A stretch of DNA of 48,156 nt from IMG/VR virus record IMGVR_UViG_3300020045_001961, positions 1 through 48,156 of that record, one strand, 5' to 3'. The notes under the pieces are model-generated. The model was not told where the DNA came from. It was given only the letters and a program-made list of their open reading frames with translations, and searched no databases. Position 1 is the first letter of the stretch, and every line of letters starts with the position of its first letter. The DNA comes from a virus (taxonomy: Duplodnaviria > Caudoviricetes). Shown one piece after another: positions 36,658-45,116 of the stretch. A program made the translations under genes and the position numbers.

Positions 36658-36821
36658 CCGTAGGTATCTTCCATCATTGCATCAAAGTGTGCTGCATACA
36701 CAGCTTTAAAAGCATCTTTAACTAAATCTACAAGATCATCCCAATCTCCACCAGAAGCATCCGCTACATCTTGTTCCACATCATCATCAAACCAATGATC
36801 AAAGGCTTCTTGAGAATCCAT
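36654..36821 (-). CDS. Highly acidic small protein (55 aa, not in ORF track)
   Basis: MDSQEAFDHWFDDDVEQDVADASGGDWDDLVDL...; 17 D/E versus 2 K. Confidence 0.6.
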   Translation of the reverse strand: MDSQEAFDHWFDDDVEQDVADASGGDWDDLVDLVKDAFKAVYAAHFDAMMEDTYG

Positions 36822-36825
36822 AGTG

Positions 36826-37023
36826 TTACCCTTTCATGTGTTCAATTTGCAGTGGTTCCATATCAGTCACAACATAAACAGGTTGTAGTGTCAGAACTGT
36901 ATCGTCAGGAAGTGTATCTAAGAAAGCTGTATTAGACAACTTTTTAACTGCATCGGTTTTCTTATCATACACTAGATACCCTGCACCAATACGAATACCC
37001 CACTTTTGTACTACAGTTTTCAT
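36826..37023 (-). CDS. Hypothetical protein
   Basis: Coupled ORF. Confidence 0.55.
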   Translation of the reverse strand: MKTVVQKWGIRIGAGYLVYDKKTDAVKKLSNTAFLDTLPDDTVLTLQPVYVVTDMEPLQIEHMKG

Positions 37024-37229
37024 TCTATCTCCCTCTCAATTTCAATTACTAACTCTGCCATTTTCTTTTCAGCTTGTTCCTTAGCTGATGCTACTGCTCG
37101 ATAAAAATCGAACATGATAATAGCTTTTTTACTATTGTACTTTTCAGCTAACTGTAGCATTAACTTTATTTTACTACTCGTGGTGCCATTAAAATTAGCC
37201 ATAGTAGGCCCAAAAGAAAACTTCGTCAT
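37020..37229 (-). CDS. Hypothetical protein (start MTKFSF)
   Basis: SD GGAGG and ATGA coupling. Confidence 0.5.
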   Translation of the reverse strand: MTKFSFGPTMANFNGTTSSKIKLMLQLAEKYNSKKAIIMFDFYRAVASAKEQAEKKMAELVIEIEREIE

Positions 37230-37543
37230 TCCCCACCTCCATCCAAATACTCCACCAGCCATTGCGGCAACCCCGGCGCGCGGCCAACGACTGCCTCGGC
37301 GCGCAGGATAAGGGCGCGGCGTGGTTCGTCGCCCGATATCGCGTTCAGGTGCATGACAAGATCATCCCGCATGTCCGCGATCAACTGGTGATCCGGGTGG
37401 TGCTGGTAGTGGGTGATATATTCCCACAAGAACGCGGGCCATGTCCCATGTGGGCTTGTGCTATCCCAAACCCATTTGCAGCGCACCATCCCCATCGGCA
37501 CGGGGGCGCCTTGGGTGTAGGGTATCCATGGGGGATGGGTCAT
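37226..37543 (-). CDS. Hypothetical protein (start MTHPPW)
   Basis: ATGA coupling; GC-rich codons. Confidence 0.55.
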   Translation of the reverse strand: MTHPPWIPYTQGAPVPMGMVRCKWVWDSTSPHGTWPAFLWEYITHYQHHPDHQLIADMRDDLVMHLNAISGDEPRRALILRAEAVVGRAPGLPQWLVEYLDGGGE

Positions 37544-37869
37544 GGGGTCAACTCCATCCGATAATCGCAGGTATAATCCCAGTCCGGGTTCCACCATTCG
37601 CCCGTTGATTTTGAATAGCTATCGTCGTCCACATCTTCTGGCTTTTGGGTTATGGTATATTCTACCGCCGCTGCTACTTCTTTGCCGTCTTGGTCGGGTT
37701 CATCGGTCTCTTTTTCGCAGGCGTAGATTCCGATGTTTATATCGCCCCATCCGTCAATAGCGTGTCCGCGATACTCTTCAATAATTGCTTCACCGCAGGC
37801 CATAGCTTCGGTCAGCGTGTTAAATTTGGAAGTGTATGGGGCCATTGCGTCGTAAACATAATAGATCAC
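37540..37869 (-). CDS. Acidic hypothetical protein
   Basis: GTGA coupling; acidic, W/Y-rich C-terminus. Confidence 0.6.
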   Translation of the reverse strand: MIYYVYDAMAPYTSKFNTLTEAMACGEAIIEEYRGHAIDGWGDINIGIYACEKETDEPDQDGKEVAAAVEYTITQKPEDVDDDSYSKSTGEWWNPDWDYTCDYRMELTP

Positions 37870-38249
37870 GCGGCACCGCCTTTCATGGCTGCGAGGGCGG
37901 CCCGCGCCGCTTTGAAATGGGACATCTTGATATACGGCTGGCAGACCATGTTTGCCGTCTCGTAGTGGTCGCTAATATCGAAGCCGTATCCCTCATTTGT
38001 TGCATCCAGTGCATCAACAAACGGTTTTAAAGCCTCCACCAGCGCCACCACCTCCGGCACCGCCATAGCCGCAGCAACCGGGGTGGGGGCGCGGGTGTAT
38101 TCGGTGGTGCGGTCATCATTCAGTGATGGCCTTGAATACCAGTTTCCGCTTTCCGTCCCGTCAGGGAAACGAATTACAGCTTTCCCGGCGTGGATGCGAT
38201 CAGGCCAGCCATCTGACTTCAAGGATTTCAAAACTCCCGGCGCTGTCAT
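37866..38249 (-). CDS. Hypothetical protein (prophage accessory type)
   Basis: TEYTRA...PEVVALVEAL...ARAALAAMKGG. Confidence 0.6.
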   Translation of the reverse strand: MTAPGVLKSLKSDGWPDRIHAGKAVIRFPDGTESGNWYSRPSLNDDRTTEYTRAPTPVAAAMAVPEVVALVEALKPFVDALDATNEGYGFDISDHYETANMVCQPYIKMSHFKAARAALAAMKGGAA

Positions 38250-38608
38250 GCGTCACCCCCAATCTTGGTCCAGCCCTGCGGCACCCCGTCGATGATGGTC
38301 ACGTCGAGGTAGTGGGTGTCGAGGCCATGCTGCTTGTTATTCCCAGCCCAACGGCCATCGTACTGCCCCAGAAAAAACCGCACCGTCTCCACCTTCGGCT
38401 CGGGCGGCAGGGCGTCGATCTGCGCTTGCAGCGCATCACGTTGGGCGATCAGGTCGGCGCGGGTGGGGGTGATGGCGGCGGCAAAGGCTGAAAAATCCTT
38501 GTCCGAAAGAACAGTTTTCCGCTGGCATTTACCTGTCGGTCCGCATAGGCCGCATGTCCTTGGATAAGCACGCCCTGCTTCACGTTCTTCAATCTGGCAC
38601 TTGCCCAT
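38246..38608 (-). CDS. Hypothetical Zn-ribbon/modular protein (start MGKCQ)
   Basis: SD GGAGG; YPRTCGLC; C-terminal EPKVET...DTH...IIDG module. Confidence 0.55.
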   Translation of the reverse strand: MGKCQIEEREAGRAYPRTCGLCGPTGKCQRKTVLSDKDFSAFAAAITPTRADLIAQRDALQAQIDALPPEPKVETVRFFLGQYDGRWAGNNKQHGLDTHYLDVTIIDGVPQGWTKIGGDA

Positions 38609-38652
38609 CGGGGCCTCCTTTGGTTCGTGGTCCTCGGTGATTATGTCTGCTG

Positions 38653-38787
38653 CTATTTGCATCCGCAGCGCCAAGGGGTGCCGCATCGAAAATATAGCCA
38701 ACCACTACCGCCGCATTTGTTGCAGAAGTTGGGTTCCGCCGACTTAATCGGGCAGTCGCCGCCCTGCCATTCAATCCAGTCATTCAT
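38653..38787 (-). CDS. Small Cys-rich protein (44 aa, not in ORF track)
   Basis: MNDWIEWQGGDCP...CNKCGGSGW...RCGCK; SD GGAG. Confidence 0.5.
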   Translation of the reverse strand: MNDWIEWQGGDCPIKSAEPNFCNKCGGSGWLYFRCGTPWRCGCK

Positions 38788-38835
38788 TTCTCGTGTCTCC
38801 TTCTTTCAATCACGGTTTGTGTTTCTGTTAAGACC

Positions 38836-38864
38836 CATATAGGGTGTATTTCGGGAGTCTACAA
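38836..38864 (-). promoter_or_regulatory. Variant phage promoter
   Basis: TTGTAGACTCCCGAAATACACCCTATATG on the minus strand. Confidence 0.45.
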
Positions 38865-38907
38865 GAACCTTTGTTAGGTTGTAGGATTGTGTTGTAACAA
38901 AGACACC

Positions 38908-40485
38908 TTAGAAGCCCGCTTCCTTGTTTTCTAGGGTAAAGCTATCCAGATCAAACACCAATTCACCTGCTGGCCCTTCAATACTGCAAGGTCTATTCTT
39001 TGTAATAATCAGTTTGGTTGTGTTCTTATCTACTATATTATCTGCTTCTTTGTCTCTTGTCAAAACAATACGTACAGAGGCTCTCTGTGCAATCATTTTA
39101 CAGTACTTTGGTGCGCCATCCTCATTAGTGTGAGCGATGGTAATAATACCAATACCAAGAGTAGCCGCCATCTTTGATAGTTGAATAGAGAGAGAGGCCA
39201 GCTTAGACTCTTTTTCTTTTTCATCAGCAATAGATAGAACGTCTTGGATAGGTTCAAACAGGATATACTTACAACCGCAAACCTCGCTCAAGAACCTAAT
39301 CTGATCAACTAATGCCTCAGAACTATCCGTCTCCTTTAGGGAGAATTGTAGATAGTTACCTTTAGCAGTAATTTCTCTGATAGCCTGCTTCACATCTTCT
39401 TGTCGTCCCTTCTCATTAATCAAATCCTTTCTGGTAAGATCATCCTTTAGATGGTAGGATACCAGACCCAACAGAGAACGTAGGTTACTTTCCTCTAGGT
39501 GCCAAGTAGCAAACTTGATATCAGGGTAGTTCTTGACAAAGTTGTATTCTAGGTAACGCATCAACTCTGTTTTACCAATACCTGTCTCTGCAAGGATAAC
39601 TGTAAAGTGACCCTGCATAAGCCCAAGAATCTTTTCATCTAGTGCAGGAATACCCGTAGGAATGTACACATGATCAGGTGTATCCTCATACATTTCTAGA
39701 TAATCCTCTGCACTAGAAATAATGTTAGAGGGTGTATAGAGTTTAGCATTATGCCAAGCACTAGAATAGGATACTGCTGCACCAGCTTGTAGAAACTCAT
39801 TAGCATCCTTAAACTTGTCGTGGTGAACCTTATAAACCCTACCGGGGAAAGTGTTCATTAGCTTAAGAGCAAAGGCTTCTGCTTTGTCGTCAGAGTCCAG
39901 AGAGAGGTAAATCTTCTCAAAGGAATTGAGCCAGTCGTAACACTTCTCTAGTAGTTTACCCGATGGTGTAGCAGATGGTAGAGATACGACCGGGTACTTA
40001 TTACCCAACATCTGAAAGGCAGACATTGCATCAAGTTCACCCTCAACAATGGTTACTGACTTAGAACTACCACCATTGAACTTATTCATACCAAAGAGGG
40101 TGTCAGACTTAAACCCTGCATCCGCATTAAAGGTTTTGGGTAGTACCCTATACTTATTCTTACCATCACTGTACTTATAAGTATGACGGTGTTCTTTACC
40201 TGTTTCATCTACGTCTGTTAGAACATCATAAAACTGCATAGTGCGAGAGGTAATGCTACGGTGATCCCGGTACTCTTTTTTCATACTATCTTCAATTACC
40301 TCATTGTTTCTATAATTACTTTTGATAGGGTATTCTGTAGCTGCCCATTCATATGTGGGTTGCCTAGAGGGGTAGCCTGTACCACAAGAGTGACAGTACC
40401 CTACCCCCTTCGTATGGTTGAAACCGAAGGCATCACTAGAGCCACAACTAATAAAGGGACAGGGTAGATGGCTAGTTTCAGACAA
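38908..40485 (-). CDS. T7 gp4-like primase-helicase
   Basis: Zn ribbon CPFISC...CHSC, TOPRIM EGELDA...LDSD...KDANE, Walker A AETGIGKT, KNRP. Confidence 0.93.
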   Translation of the reverse strand: MSETSHLPCPFISCGSSDAFGFNHTKGVGYCHSCGTGYPSRQPTYEWAATEYPIKSNYRNNEVIEDSMKKEYRDHRSITSRTMQFYDVLTDVDETGKEHRHTYKYSDGKNKYRVLPKTFNADAGFKSDTLFGMNKFNGGSSKSVTIVEGELDAMSAFQMLGNKYPVVSLPSATPSGKLLEKCYDWLNSFEKIYLSLDSDDKAEAFALKLMNTFPGRVYKVHHDKFKDANEFLQAGAAVSYSSAWHNAKLYTPSNIISSAEDYLEMYEDTPDHVYIPTGIPALDEKILGLMQGHFTVILAETGIGKTELMRYLEYNFVKNYPDIKFATWHLEESNLRSLLGLVSYHLKDDLTRKDLINEKGRQEDVKQAIREITAKGNYLQFSLKETDSSEALVDQIRFLSEVCGCKYILFEPIQDVLSIADEKEKESKLASLSIQLSKMAATLGIGIITIAHTNEDGAPKYCKMIAQRASVRIVLTRDKEADNIVDKNTTKLIITKNRPCSIEGPAGELVFDLDSFTLENKEAGF

Positions 40486-40596
40486 TCACCACACCTTCAC
40501 TTTCTTAACCTTAAAGACTGCACGTTGCAGGTATTTGTCGTACTCACAAGAGTAAATATATTCGTACATCAGAACAGTTCTCCTTTGTTTGTTACA

Positions 40597-41535
40597 TTAA
40601 AACTTGTATGAATTATAGTTATTAAGGTACACATAACCAGATGTGTTGTTTGTAGGGTGCGATTTGTTATGTTTCGCAATATGAGTATAACTAGTAAGGC
40701 GTAGAAAGTCACCATCCATAAGAACATGTCTGTTAAAGTCTACGTATGGACAAACATAGTAGTCCGTAGGGTTTTGAATCTTAAGAAGTCTTGCACCATG
40801 CCAGTGGTCATTCTTATCATGCCAGAAGTCAACATCATCCTGACTCATCTTACTTACCAGATGTTCCAGAATAAGATTACCAGCATAATTATCACAAGTA
40901 TAGATAGCACCTCTGCGATAGCAAGGTTTACCCTCCATATCTTTGATCATAACGACACAACGGGCTTTAGTTTTACCCAATTTAGATTTAACAGTAACAA
41001 CCTCAAAGTCACCAGAAGCATAAACCTCGGAGGGGTGACAAGGTAGAGAAGTAAAAGCATATCGCATACAACTATCAGAGATAGACTTGTATAAAAGTGT
41101 ATCTACACTAGATGCACTTTTAATCTTTGTGAAGGCTTTCTTGAAATCTTCACAAGTAGTACCAATAGAGAGAATATAATCATCACTCTCAAAATCAATA
41201 TGGTGTTTCCAGAACAAAGAGAAAGCCTCAAGCAACTTATCTGGTGCAGTTGGGTACATACGCTTTAGGAAGCGTCCCGGTGTAGTAATGGTTCTGCGGT
41301 CGGCTTGATACTTTGCTGCACTCTCATAGAACGATACCCGATCTTCTGTTGATACCGCTTTGATAGGGACATATTGTTGAAGCATCTTATCAATGTGATT
41401 GCGTTCTACACCGCAAAGTTCACCAGCAGTAATAAGGGCATCTTTAACCCTCTTGTTACGTTTCTTAATAGTCAAAGGGAAAGCATCAGCGTTCCACCAC
41501 TTCTGTACATAGCCTTCATATGTAAAGTCTTGCAT
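40597..41535 (-). CDS. Hypothetical protein with SCMR...HPSEVYASGDF...ARCVV domain (paralog of 46327-47736)
   Basis: Motifs shared with the last large ORF. Confidence 0.75.
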   Translation of the reverse strand: MQDFTYEGYVQKWWNADAFPLTIKKRNKRVKDALITAGELCGVERNHIDKMLQQYVPIKAVSTEDRVSFYESAAKYQADRRTITTPGRFLKRMYPTAPDKLLEAFSLFWKHHIDFESDDYILSIGTTCEDFKKAFTKIKSASSVDTLLYKSISDSCMRYAFTSLPCHPSEVYASGDFEVVTVKSKLGKTKARCVVMIKDMEGKPCYRRGAIYTCDNYAGNLILEHLVSKMSQDDVDFWHDKNDHWHGARLLKIQNPTDYYVCPYVDFNRHVLMDGDFLRLTSYTHIAKHNKSHPTNNTSGYVYLNNYNSYKF

Positions 41536-41567
41536 TTGCTTCCTCTTTATCGGTTTCTAAGTATAAT

Positions 41568-41643
41568 TGGTCCACCCTACAAGATTCGAACTTGTGACAG
41601 CCTGTTTAGAAGACAGGTACTCTTTCCGCTGAGTTAAGGGTGG
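41568..41643 (-). tRNA. tRNA-Arg(UCU)
   Basis: Full cloverleaf: CCACCCT/AGGGTGG, ACTC/GAGT, CCTGT-CTTCTAA-ACAGG, ACAAG-TTCGAAT-CTTGT, encoded CCA. Confidence 0.93.
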
Positions 41644-41649
41644 TAACTT

Positions 41650-41743
41650 TGGTCTGGGTGGTGGGGATCGAACCCACATTGTGATCATTAATCTGTGAAA
41701 GATTTTAAGTCTTTTGCGTTTCAACCAGTTTCGCCACACCCAG
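41650..41743 (-). tRNA. tRNA-Leu(UAA)
   Basis: CTGGGTG/CACCCAG, AAAGA-CTTAAAA-TCTTT, long variable arm, GTGGG-TTCGATC-CCCAC, A73, encoded CCA. Confidence 0.9.
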
Positions 41744-41744
41744 T

Positions 41745-41883
41745 AACTGGAATTTGACCTACCCTAACCCCGCCAGACGACCAGAAGGGTTTATCTCTTA
41801 CTACATCGGTAGGTAATGTAGTCGTATTAGGTTATTACTAAGAGTGTGGGACTACCTACAAAAACCACACAATACACTTAGTA
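41745..41883 (-). ncRNA. Candidate three-hairpin RNA with complementary loops upstream of tRNAs
   Basis: Stems TACTAAG/CTTAGTA plus GTGTGG/CCACAC, ACTACAT/ATGTAGT, AACCCT/GGGGTT; loops GTAGGTA and TACCTAC. Confidence 0.45.
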
Positions 41884-41897
41884 TCTATTATAGATAT

Positions 41898-41963
41898 TTA
41901 CCCAAGCACTCCGGCATGACCAGCCGAAATCAACAAGAAAACAACCCAACCAACAATAACCAT
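41898..41963 (-). CDS. 21-aa hydrophobic peptide
   Basis: MVIVGWVVFLLISAGHAGVLG with SD GGAG 7 nt upstream. Confidence 0.5.
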   Translation of the reverse strand: MVIVGWVVFLLISAGHAGVLG

Positions 41964-42021
41964 TTTTAGTCTCCGTTTATGAACTGGTGTAGCGCCCACC
42001 AGCAGACGTTCAACAAGTACA

Positions 42022-42051
42022 GTACATAGTGTATACAAAGGGTGGTTACAA
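42022..42051 (-). promoter_or_regulatory. Phage promoter, TGTATACAC class
   Basis: TTGTAACCACCCTTTGTATACACTATGTACT on the minus strand. Confidence 0.6.
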
Positions 42052-42126
42052 GGTAAGTTCTGAAAGATATGTGTTGCTCAAAAGACACAACCTAAAACTT
42101 CTTTGACGTTTCACTGACGACAACCC

Positions 42127-42158
42127 TTGCAGCACCCTTATGTATACACCAACTATAC
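42127..42158 (+). promoter_or_regulatory. Divergent/antisense phage promoter, TGTATACAC class
   Basis: TTGCAGCACCCTTATGTATACACCAACTATAC. Confidence 0.45.
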
Positions 42159-42228
42159 TTAACCTTCCTATACAATAGTATTACACTACAATAAGAATCT
42201 TTACTACGTATAGTACTATACTTTAGTA

Positions 42229-42366
42229 TTAGGAATAATCATCCTCAAATTCTTCAAGATCATCTTCCTGATCAGAGAACTCTAGACAATCCTCACAGAT
42301 ATCATCACCTGTATAGGGTGTGATGTTATAGCTATAGCCACAACATTTACAAATAGCTTGGTACAT
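42229..42366 (-). CDS. Small Zn-finger protein with acidic tail (45 aa, not in ORF track)
   Basis: CKCC...CEDC followed by EFSDQEDDLEEFEDDYS; TAATG coupling. Confidence 0.6.
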   Translation of the reverse strand: MYQAICKCCGYSYNITPYTGDDICEDCLEFSDQEDDLEEFEDDYS

Positions 42367-42872
42367 TACAATTTCTCCATCTTGATTGATGCTGTATCAA
42401 TTTTACCGTCGATAGTGTTGAAGGTAATCTTGTGTGTATCATTCATGGTTTGTGACACAGTGTAGACACTTTTTCCACCGTAAAATGTTTTTGTCTTTAC
42501 TACAGGTTCTTTAACTTGTTCTTGGAAGGCCACAATAACAACATCTGTATTATACCCCCAGAAGAAGGATTCTACAGGCCCAACGGTGTCGTATACATTA
42601 CCATTAGAGGTATCAAACCTTTTAAGGTTAATAATAGTGTTACCTGCAAGGGGGTACATGCCACCTGCATTATATTTTTTCCAAGTACCAAACTTCATTT
42701 CAGGTTCTACTTTTTTTACTCGGTATTTGTAACAGATATCAGTGCTACCCTCATAACGGAAACCATAGAATTTTTTACCTACAGCAGAAACCACTACTTT
42801 ATGACCCGCTTTAATAACTTTACTGTAGTCTTCAAGAAACTCTACAGTATCACCAACTTTAATATCACTCAT
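42366..42872 (-). CDS. Modular hypothetical protein (start MSDIKVGD)
   Basis: SH3-like N-terminus plus EPVVKT...DTHKITFNTIDG module. Confidence 0.65.
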   Translation of the reverse strand: MSDIKVGDTVEFLEDYSKVIKAGHKVVVSAVGKKFYGFRYEGSTDICYKYRVKKVEPEMKFGTWKKYNAGGMYPLAGNTIINLKRFDTSNGNVYDTVGPVESFFWGYNTDVVIVAFQEQVKEPVVKTKTFYGGKSVYTVSQTMNDTHKITFNTIDGKIDTASIKMEKL

Positions 42873-42882
42873 TGTTGTCTTC

Positions 42883-43107
42883 CTATACAAGTTTAATTGT
42901 TTCTTTACGATGAATGTCCATATTTCGTTGGGCACTCTGTAACTCTACAGCATTAAAGTAGGATTTACCACCCTCTTTAAGCATTGCGGCTTTCATAATC
43001 CTAACTGACTTAGCAGGATCAGACTCTCTTTGGTTCTTCTTACGTTGAGTGTGAACAGCATGAATAAAAGCATCATCACTCTTCATGTAAATAAGGTCAG
43101 CAGTCAC
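42883..43107 (-). CDS. Hypothetical protein
   Basis: ORF with SD GAGG. Confidence 0.55.
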   Translation of the reverse strand: MTADLIYMKSDDAFIHAVHTQRKKNQRESDPAKSVRIMKAAMLKEGGKSYFNAVELQSAQRNMDIHRKETIKLV

Positions 43108-43110
43108 CTG

Positions 43111-43449
43111 TTACACCTCACCAAATCTGACCGCTACAGCCTTGTTGGGGTTGAAGCTGCGCCACCCCTGCTGAGTGTACACAGGCACGTTCGTAGACCC
43201 CTCTAGTGAAGCACAGTAGGCTACTAGATCATCACTGGACCCTTCGTAGTTGGGTGCCACAAGTTTACCTGTCAGAGTACGCAGAGAACCATCTACTTTG
43301 GTGAACTCTACAGTGAAGGTGGATGCAAGAATCTCAAGTGCATTGAACATTGGTCTATCCTCTGTGTTGTTGATGATCCTATCTAGCATGTCCAGAAGTG
43401 ATTCGTCAAGAGCAAAGTGCTCAACAAGAGGTTTGTATGGGTCATACAC
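43111..43449 (-). CDS. WYL_2/Sm-like SH3 beta-barrel protein (probable start MFNALE)
   Basis: FTVEFTKVDGSLRTLTG...GWRSF. Confidence 0.7.
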   Translation of the reverse strand: MYDPYKPLVEHFALDESLLDMLDRIINNTEDRPMFNALEILASTFTVEFTKVDGSLRTLTGKLVAPNYEGSSDDLVAYCASLEGSTNVPVYTQQGWRSFNPNKAVAVRFGEV

Positions 43450-43645
43450 TCAAACTATCCTCCAACAGATCGAGCAGAGTGTTGATGATGAAATTACTTT
43501 CACCTACAAACTCAATAGCTGTGGTTTTAAACAACCGATCACAATGAGCAACTTTAAGCAACTCATCTACTTGATGATCCTGATACTGCTCGATAAGGTT
43601 ACGAAGGTGAGTTACTGTAGGTAGGGAAATAGTGTTATCTAGCAT
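43442..43645 (-). CDS. Hypothetical protein
   Basis: SD GAGG; first ORF after the peptidase. Confidence 0.5.
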   Translation of the reverse strand: MLDNTISLPTVTHLRNLIEQYQDHQVDELLKVAHCDRLFKTTAIEFVGESNFIINTLLDLLEDSLSV

Positions 43646-43698
43646 TTGATTCCTCTTTCTGATTCAACTTATTTATTTAGTTCTTACGAAATTAGGTA

Positions 43699-44760
43699 CT
43701 AATTTTTACGACGATAACCCCGACTAGGTTTAATCTCTGCCTCATAATCCTGAATATCATCAATCAAGTCATAAGCATCGTAACCTAGGTCTTGGAAGAT
43801 TTTAGCAATGATTAGTGGGTTTTCCTTGATAAGAATAGCCATATCGTGCATCTGATCTTCCTCTCTATTAGCTTCATACTCATCTTCGATCTTGACTGCC
43901 CCTTTGATTGCCGGGTAATACTCTGTATAAGTCTTGTCAGTAGTATTGTTCATACCGTAGCTGTCGTCAAGATCATTCCAACCACGATAACCCTTCCATG
44001 GGTGATTGTAGTAAGACTCGTAGTCGGCATCAACATCACCGGGTTGACGAGAGAACACAAGTTTATTCCAGTCAGCAGCGATCAACTTATTAATCAATAG
44101 ATCAAGGAACACTTTGTCCTGTGATTCTGCTTTAGAGTGTTGAGCAAAGTAACCTACAGATAGGTTAGTGCATTCTCCAATATCATCCACATACTCATTA
44201 GAGTCAGTGTAAGCCCCACCATTATCAGTCTCAAAAGCAAGACCCAGAATATCAGCAAGAGAGTTAGCAAATTCATCAGAGCAAGTACGCATACCCATCT
44301 GGTGAGTAATAACTGAATCATAACCTTTACGATCAAAGGAAATAGCCGCCTTAACACTACCAAACCACTTAGGTTGTGACTTGACCAAAGCGCTAGAGCC
44401 TATGCAACCAATCTCTTCGCCAGCATGAACAACATAAACACCCGGTACATTAGCTTCAATCATCTTAAGAATGATATATACACCAGTGGTGCAATCAGCC
44501 CCAAGGCAAGAGCCATCAACTGTAGTATAAAATCCAGAAGCAAGTTTGACTTCTTGTCTACCAGTCTTAAAGTGTACTGTATCATGGTGGGCCATAAAAG
44601 CAATAGTAGGATCATTACCTACAATCTTTGTGTAGTTGCCAAAGCGATCAGGCTTACCGAATACAGGTTTAAGGTAACGATTGCAGAATTTCTTTTGATA
44701 CAAGGAGCCTTCTGGCCGCATGTAGGAAAGCATTTCTTTAAAGTCACGGTCTACGGCCAT
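43699..44760 (-). CDS. M20/M28-family Zn metallopeptidase-like protein
   Basis: AHHDTVH, LGADC, GEEIGCIGS, SFDR, TDS, NLSVGY..QH. Confidence 0.85.
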   Translation of the reverse strand: MAVDRDFKEMLSYMRPEGSLYQKKFCNRYLKPVFGKPDRFGNYTKIVGNDPTIAFMAHHDTVHFKTGRQEVKLASGFYTTVDGSCLGADCTTGVYIILKMIEANVPGVYVVHAGEEIGCIGSSALVKSQPKWFGSVKAAISFDRKGYDSVITHQMGMRTCSDEFANSLADILGLAFETDNGGAYTDSNEYVDDIGECTNLSVGYFAQHSKAESQDKVFLDLLINKLIAADWNKLVFSRQPGDVDADYESYYNHPWKGYRGWNDLDDSYGMNNTTDKTYTEYYPAIKGAVKIEDEYEANREEDQMHDMAILIKENPLIIAKIFQDLGYDAYDLIDDIQDYEAEIKPSRGYRRKN

Positions 44761-44798
44761 GCTAGTGCCTCTTCTCTTTCTTCTTATTTGTGCATCCG

Positions 44799-45059
44799 TT
44801 AGGCGGACTCCTTTGTTTGATTCTGTTCTACATAGTCTGCATACTCGAACAAGTCAAGTGGATTCTCGATGATTTGCACAAATTCTCCACAGATACCCGA
44901 CACAGGCCAATAATCTTGGTAACAAAATCTTAGTTCTGCGTCAACTGTATAAGTTTTACCAAAATACAGTCTGTCTGGGTCAGTTGTATTTTTAAACTTC
45001 ATACCCTCTCGAATACCCGGCAAAGCATAAGAGTTAACATTTATAGGTTTTACCAGCAT
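44799..45059 (-). CDS. Hypothetical early protein
   Basis: SD AAGG; ORF in early operon. Confidence 0.55.
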   Translation of the reverse strand: MLVKPINVNSYALPGIREGMKFKNTTDPDRLYFGKTYTVDAELRFCYQDYWPVSGICGEFVQIIENPLDLFEYADYVEQNQTKESA

Positions 45060-45116
45060 ATTTTACCTTTCATTTTAGTTTTAGCTTATTTTTCAACTTA
45101 TTTCTTGATTTATTTC

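Larger units (their letters stand above)
37226..38790 (-). other. High-GC cassette of five small genes
   Basis: Abrupt rise to ~55-60% GC; ORFs 37226-37543, 37540-37869, 37866-38249, 38246-38608, 38653-38787. Confidence 0.75.

Noticed and set aside
41557-41739. 60-aa ORF in the ORF track
   Set aside because: Overlaps two well-formed tRNA genes
41812-41829. T7 promoter-like TAATACGACT on the minus strand
   Set aside because: Only 10 nt match, single copy, and no phage RNA polymerase gene in the window
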